From positions 12,090,001 to 12,154,000 of the forward strand of contig NC_135825.1 of NCBI RefSeq assembly GCF_964213995.1: DNA of 64,000 bases, read 5' to 3'. The number at the start of each line of letters is the position of its first letter. Position 1 is the stretch's first letter. The notes under the pieces are model-generated. The model was not told the origin of the DNA, searched no databases, and worked only from the letters and a program-made list of their open reading frames with translations. Both the position numbers and the translations under genes were made by a program. Shown in pieces: positions 61,653 through 64,000 of the stretch. Origin of the DNA: Mustelus asterias. Taxonomy: Eukaryota.

Positions 61653-64000
61653 TGATGCGTGACAATTAAGCACGTGGAACCAAGGCTTCGATATTGAAGG
61701 CTTTTATTGTGTAACAATGGAACTACTAACACGAATACACCAGTTCAGACTGAAGGGGTCCTGCCGGAGCAGGGGGTCTTATACCTCGCCACCGGAGGCG
61801 GGACCCCACTGGAATGTGCCATGATAACTCTTATAACAGGTAAACACCCTAACCCAACAACATTGTACAACCCCCACAGTAACAACACCCTAGCCCAACA
61901 GTAACATAATAACAACCCCCAGTGGTGAACCAACGATGGTTCACCACATTCACCCCTCCTTTAAGAACAAAAGGTGGCGGGGTGCAAGAAAAAACAGGTC
62001 ATATAAACAGAATTCACAAGTCCAGACGGTCTGGAGGACCGCACCGACGCTGTGATCTCCTCAACACCGGTTGCGAAACCGGAGCAGGTGCTTGCGGTGG
62101 CGTTCTTTCCAAAACAACGTCTGGCTGTCCCCTCAAGGACTCCCGGGCCGGTTGGCCCTGGTGAGGCGATGGTGCAGGGGATCCTGGAACCTTTGGTGGT
62201 GGTGGTGGTGGTGATGATGGTCGCGCCGATCTCCCGAGTCTCAGGCAAGCTGTACATGGGAGTAAAAGTGTTATGCACTGGTCCCGGTGCTGACCGCGCC
62301 ACGTCTCGGGAAGCAATGAGGAGTAGTGGATTCGTGACTGGGGGAATAGGAGCGACAGGAGTTGCTACGTCCCCTGCGGGCGCCAGGTCTCTAATGGAGA
62401 CAGTGTCCTCTCGCCCGTCAGGATATGCCACATAGGCATACTGAGGGTTGGCGTGGAGGAGTTGGACCGGTTCGACCAAGGGGTCGGACCTGCGAGCCCT
62501 CACATGTCGCCGCAGAAGGACGGGTCCTGGGTACGTCAACCAGGCTGGCAATGAGGTTCCCGAGGACATCCTCTCGTGGGGAGTAGCATTGGTTGCCGTA
62601 CACAGGAGGGAGCGGATAGAATGGAGTGCCTTTGGAAGGACCTCCTGCCAACGGGAGACTGGAAGGCCCCTGGATTTCAGTGCCAGTAGGACAGCCTTCC
62701 AGACTGTAGCATTCTCCCTTTCCACCTGTCCGTTACCCCTAGGGTTGTAGCTCGTGGTTCTACTAGAGGCAATCCCGAATGAGAGCAGGAATTGCCTCAA
62801 GTCGTTGCTCATGAACGACGAGCCCCTGTCGCTATGAATGTAGCAGGGGTACCCGAACAGGGTAAAAAGCTCACTGAATGCCTTGATGACGGTGGCAGTC
62901 GACGTGTCCGCACAGGGGACAACAAACGGAAACCGGGAATACTCGTCTATTATGTTGAGGAAATAGACATTCCGGTCCGTTGAGGGAAGGGGGCCCTTAA
63001 AATCCACACTCAGCCTCTCAAAAGGGCGAGTGGCCTTGACCAATTGTGCCCGGTCTGGTCGATAAAAGTGTGGTTTGCATTCTGCGCAAATCCGACAGCT
63101 TCTCGTCACTGACCTGACATCCTCCACCGAGTAGGGCAGGTTGCGGGCTTTGACGAAGTGGTAGAGTCTGGTGACTCCAGGATGACACAGATCATTGTGG
63201 AGAGCCTTCAAGCGGTCCTCCTGCATGATGGCGCATGTTCCGCGCGAGAGGGCATCCGAGGACTCATTGAGCTTCCCTGGACGATACATAATATCGTAAT
63301 TATAGGTGGAGAGCTCAATTCTCCACCGCAAGATCTTATCGTTCTTGATCTTGCCCCTCTGCGTGTTGCTGAACATAAACGCCACGGATCGTTGATCCGT
63401 GATCAGGGTGAACCGCTTCCCTGCCAGGTAATGGCGCCAGTGTCTGACTGCCTCCACAATGGCCTGAGCCTCCTTCTCCACCGCTGAGTGCCGAATTTCG
63501 GGGCCTTGAAGGGTGCGGGAAAAGAACGCGACGGGCCTGCCTGCCTGGTTTAGTGTGGCGGCTAGGGCGAAATCAGATGCATCACTCTCCACCTGGAAAG
63601 GGATGGATTCATCCACTGCGTGCATCGTGGCTTTCGAGATGTCGCTTTTCAAAGCCTTGAAGGCCAATTGGGCCTCCGGCGTAAGTGGGAAGGTCGTGGA
63701 CTTAATGAGCGGACGAGCTTTGTCCGCGTAGTTGGGGACCCACTGTGCATAATACGAAAAGAACCCGAGGCATCTCCTCAGTGCTTTCGTGCTAGCGGGC
63801 AAGGGAAGTTCAGTAAGTGGGCGCATACGGTCTGGATCAGGGCCAATGACCCCGTTTTCCACCACGTATCCGAGGATGGCTAACCTACGCGTACGGAATA
63901 CGCACTTCTCCCTGTTATAGGTCAGATTCAGGCGAGATGCAGTGCGCAGAAAGTGTTGGAGATTCGTGTCGTGGTCCTGCTGGTCATGGCCGCAGATGGT
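61653..64000 (-). mobile_element. Duplicated Gypsy element (3' LTR 61653-61948 plus IN/RH/RT, cut by the window end)
   Basis: Same left flank (..TAATGTTTC|TGATG) as the 26456 copy; ORF 61961-63865; 21-bp in-frame deletion in integrase. Confidence 0.97.

Larger units (their letters stand above)
50713..64000. repeat. Segmental duplication of about 15730-28803 (direct orientation, offset about 35.0-35.2 kb)
   Basis: Colinear match including exons, SINEs, CR1 and the Gypsy insertion at the same site; near-identical from about 53230 onward, more diverged in 50713-53200. Confidence 0.97.

Overview
Eukaryotic, repeat-rich vertebrate DNA, most likely from a cartilaginous fish (shark-type CR1 LINEs, HE1/V-SINE-like and Deu-domain SINEs, Penelope elements, LTR elements); no prokaryotic features. 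Two spliced minus-strand immunoglobulin-superfamily genes can be rebuilt by hand from GT-AG junctions and exon phases. Gene A (10387-35811, 9 coding exons, 1812 nt, 603 aa) is signal peptide-V-C2-V-C2-stalk-neutral TM-cytoplasmic tail with two ITIMs and a third Tyr motif. Its V domains are CD300/pIgR-like and its C2 domains FCRL-like. Gene B (partial, about 48.1 kb to the window end) carries an almost identical copy of the ectodomain exons (offset about 35.2 kb) but an unrelated TM exon with a charged NxxR motif (WNVIRWGL) and no visible ITIM tail. Together they look like a paired inhibitory/activating immune receptor system. A relic C2 exon at the duplication breakpoint suggests gene B is a chimera. 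Also present: a young full-length Gypsy element with a YLDN RT motif and a self-complementary PBS, a class III-like ERV pol relic, and palindromic Penelope insertions with hammerhead-like cores. All exon models are manual predictions without transcript evidence.
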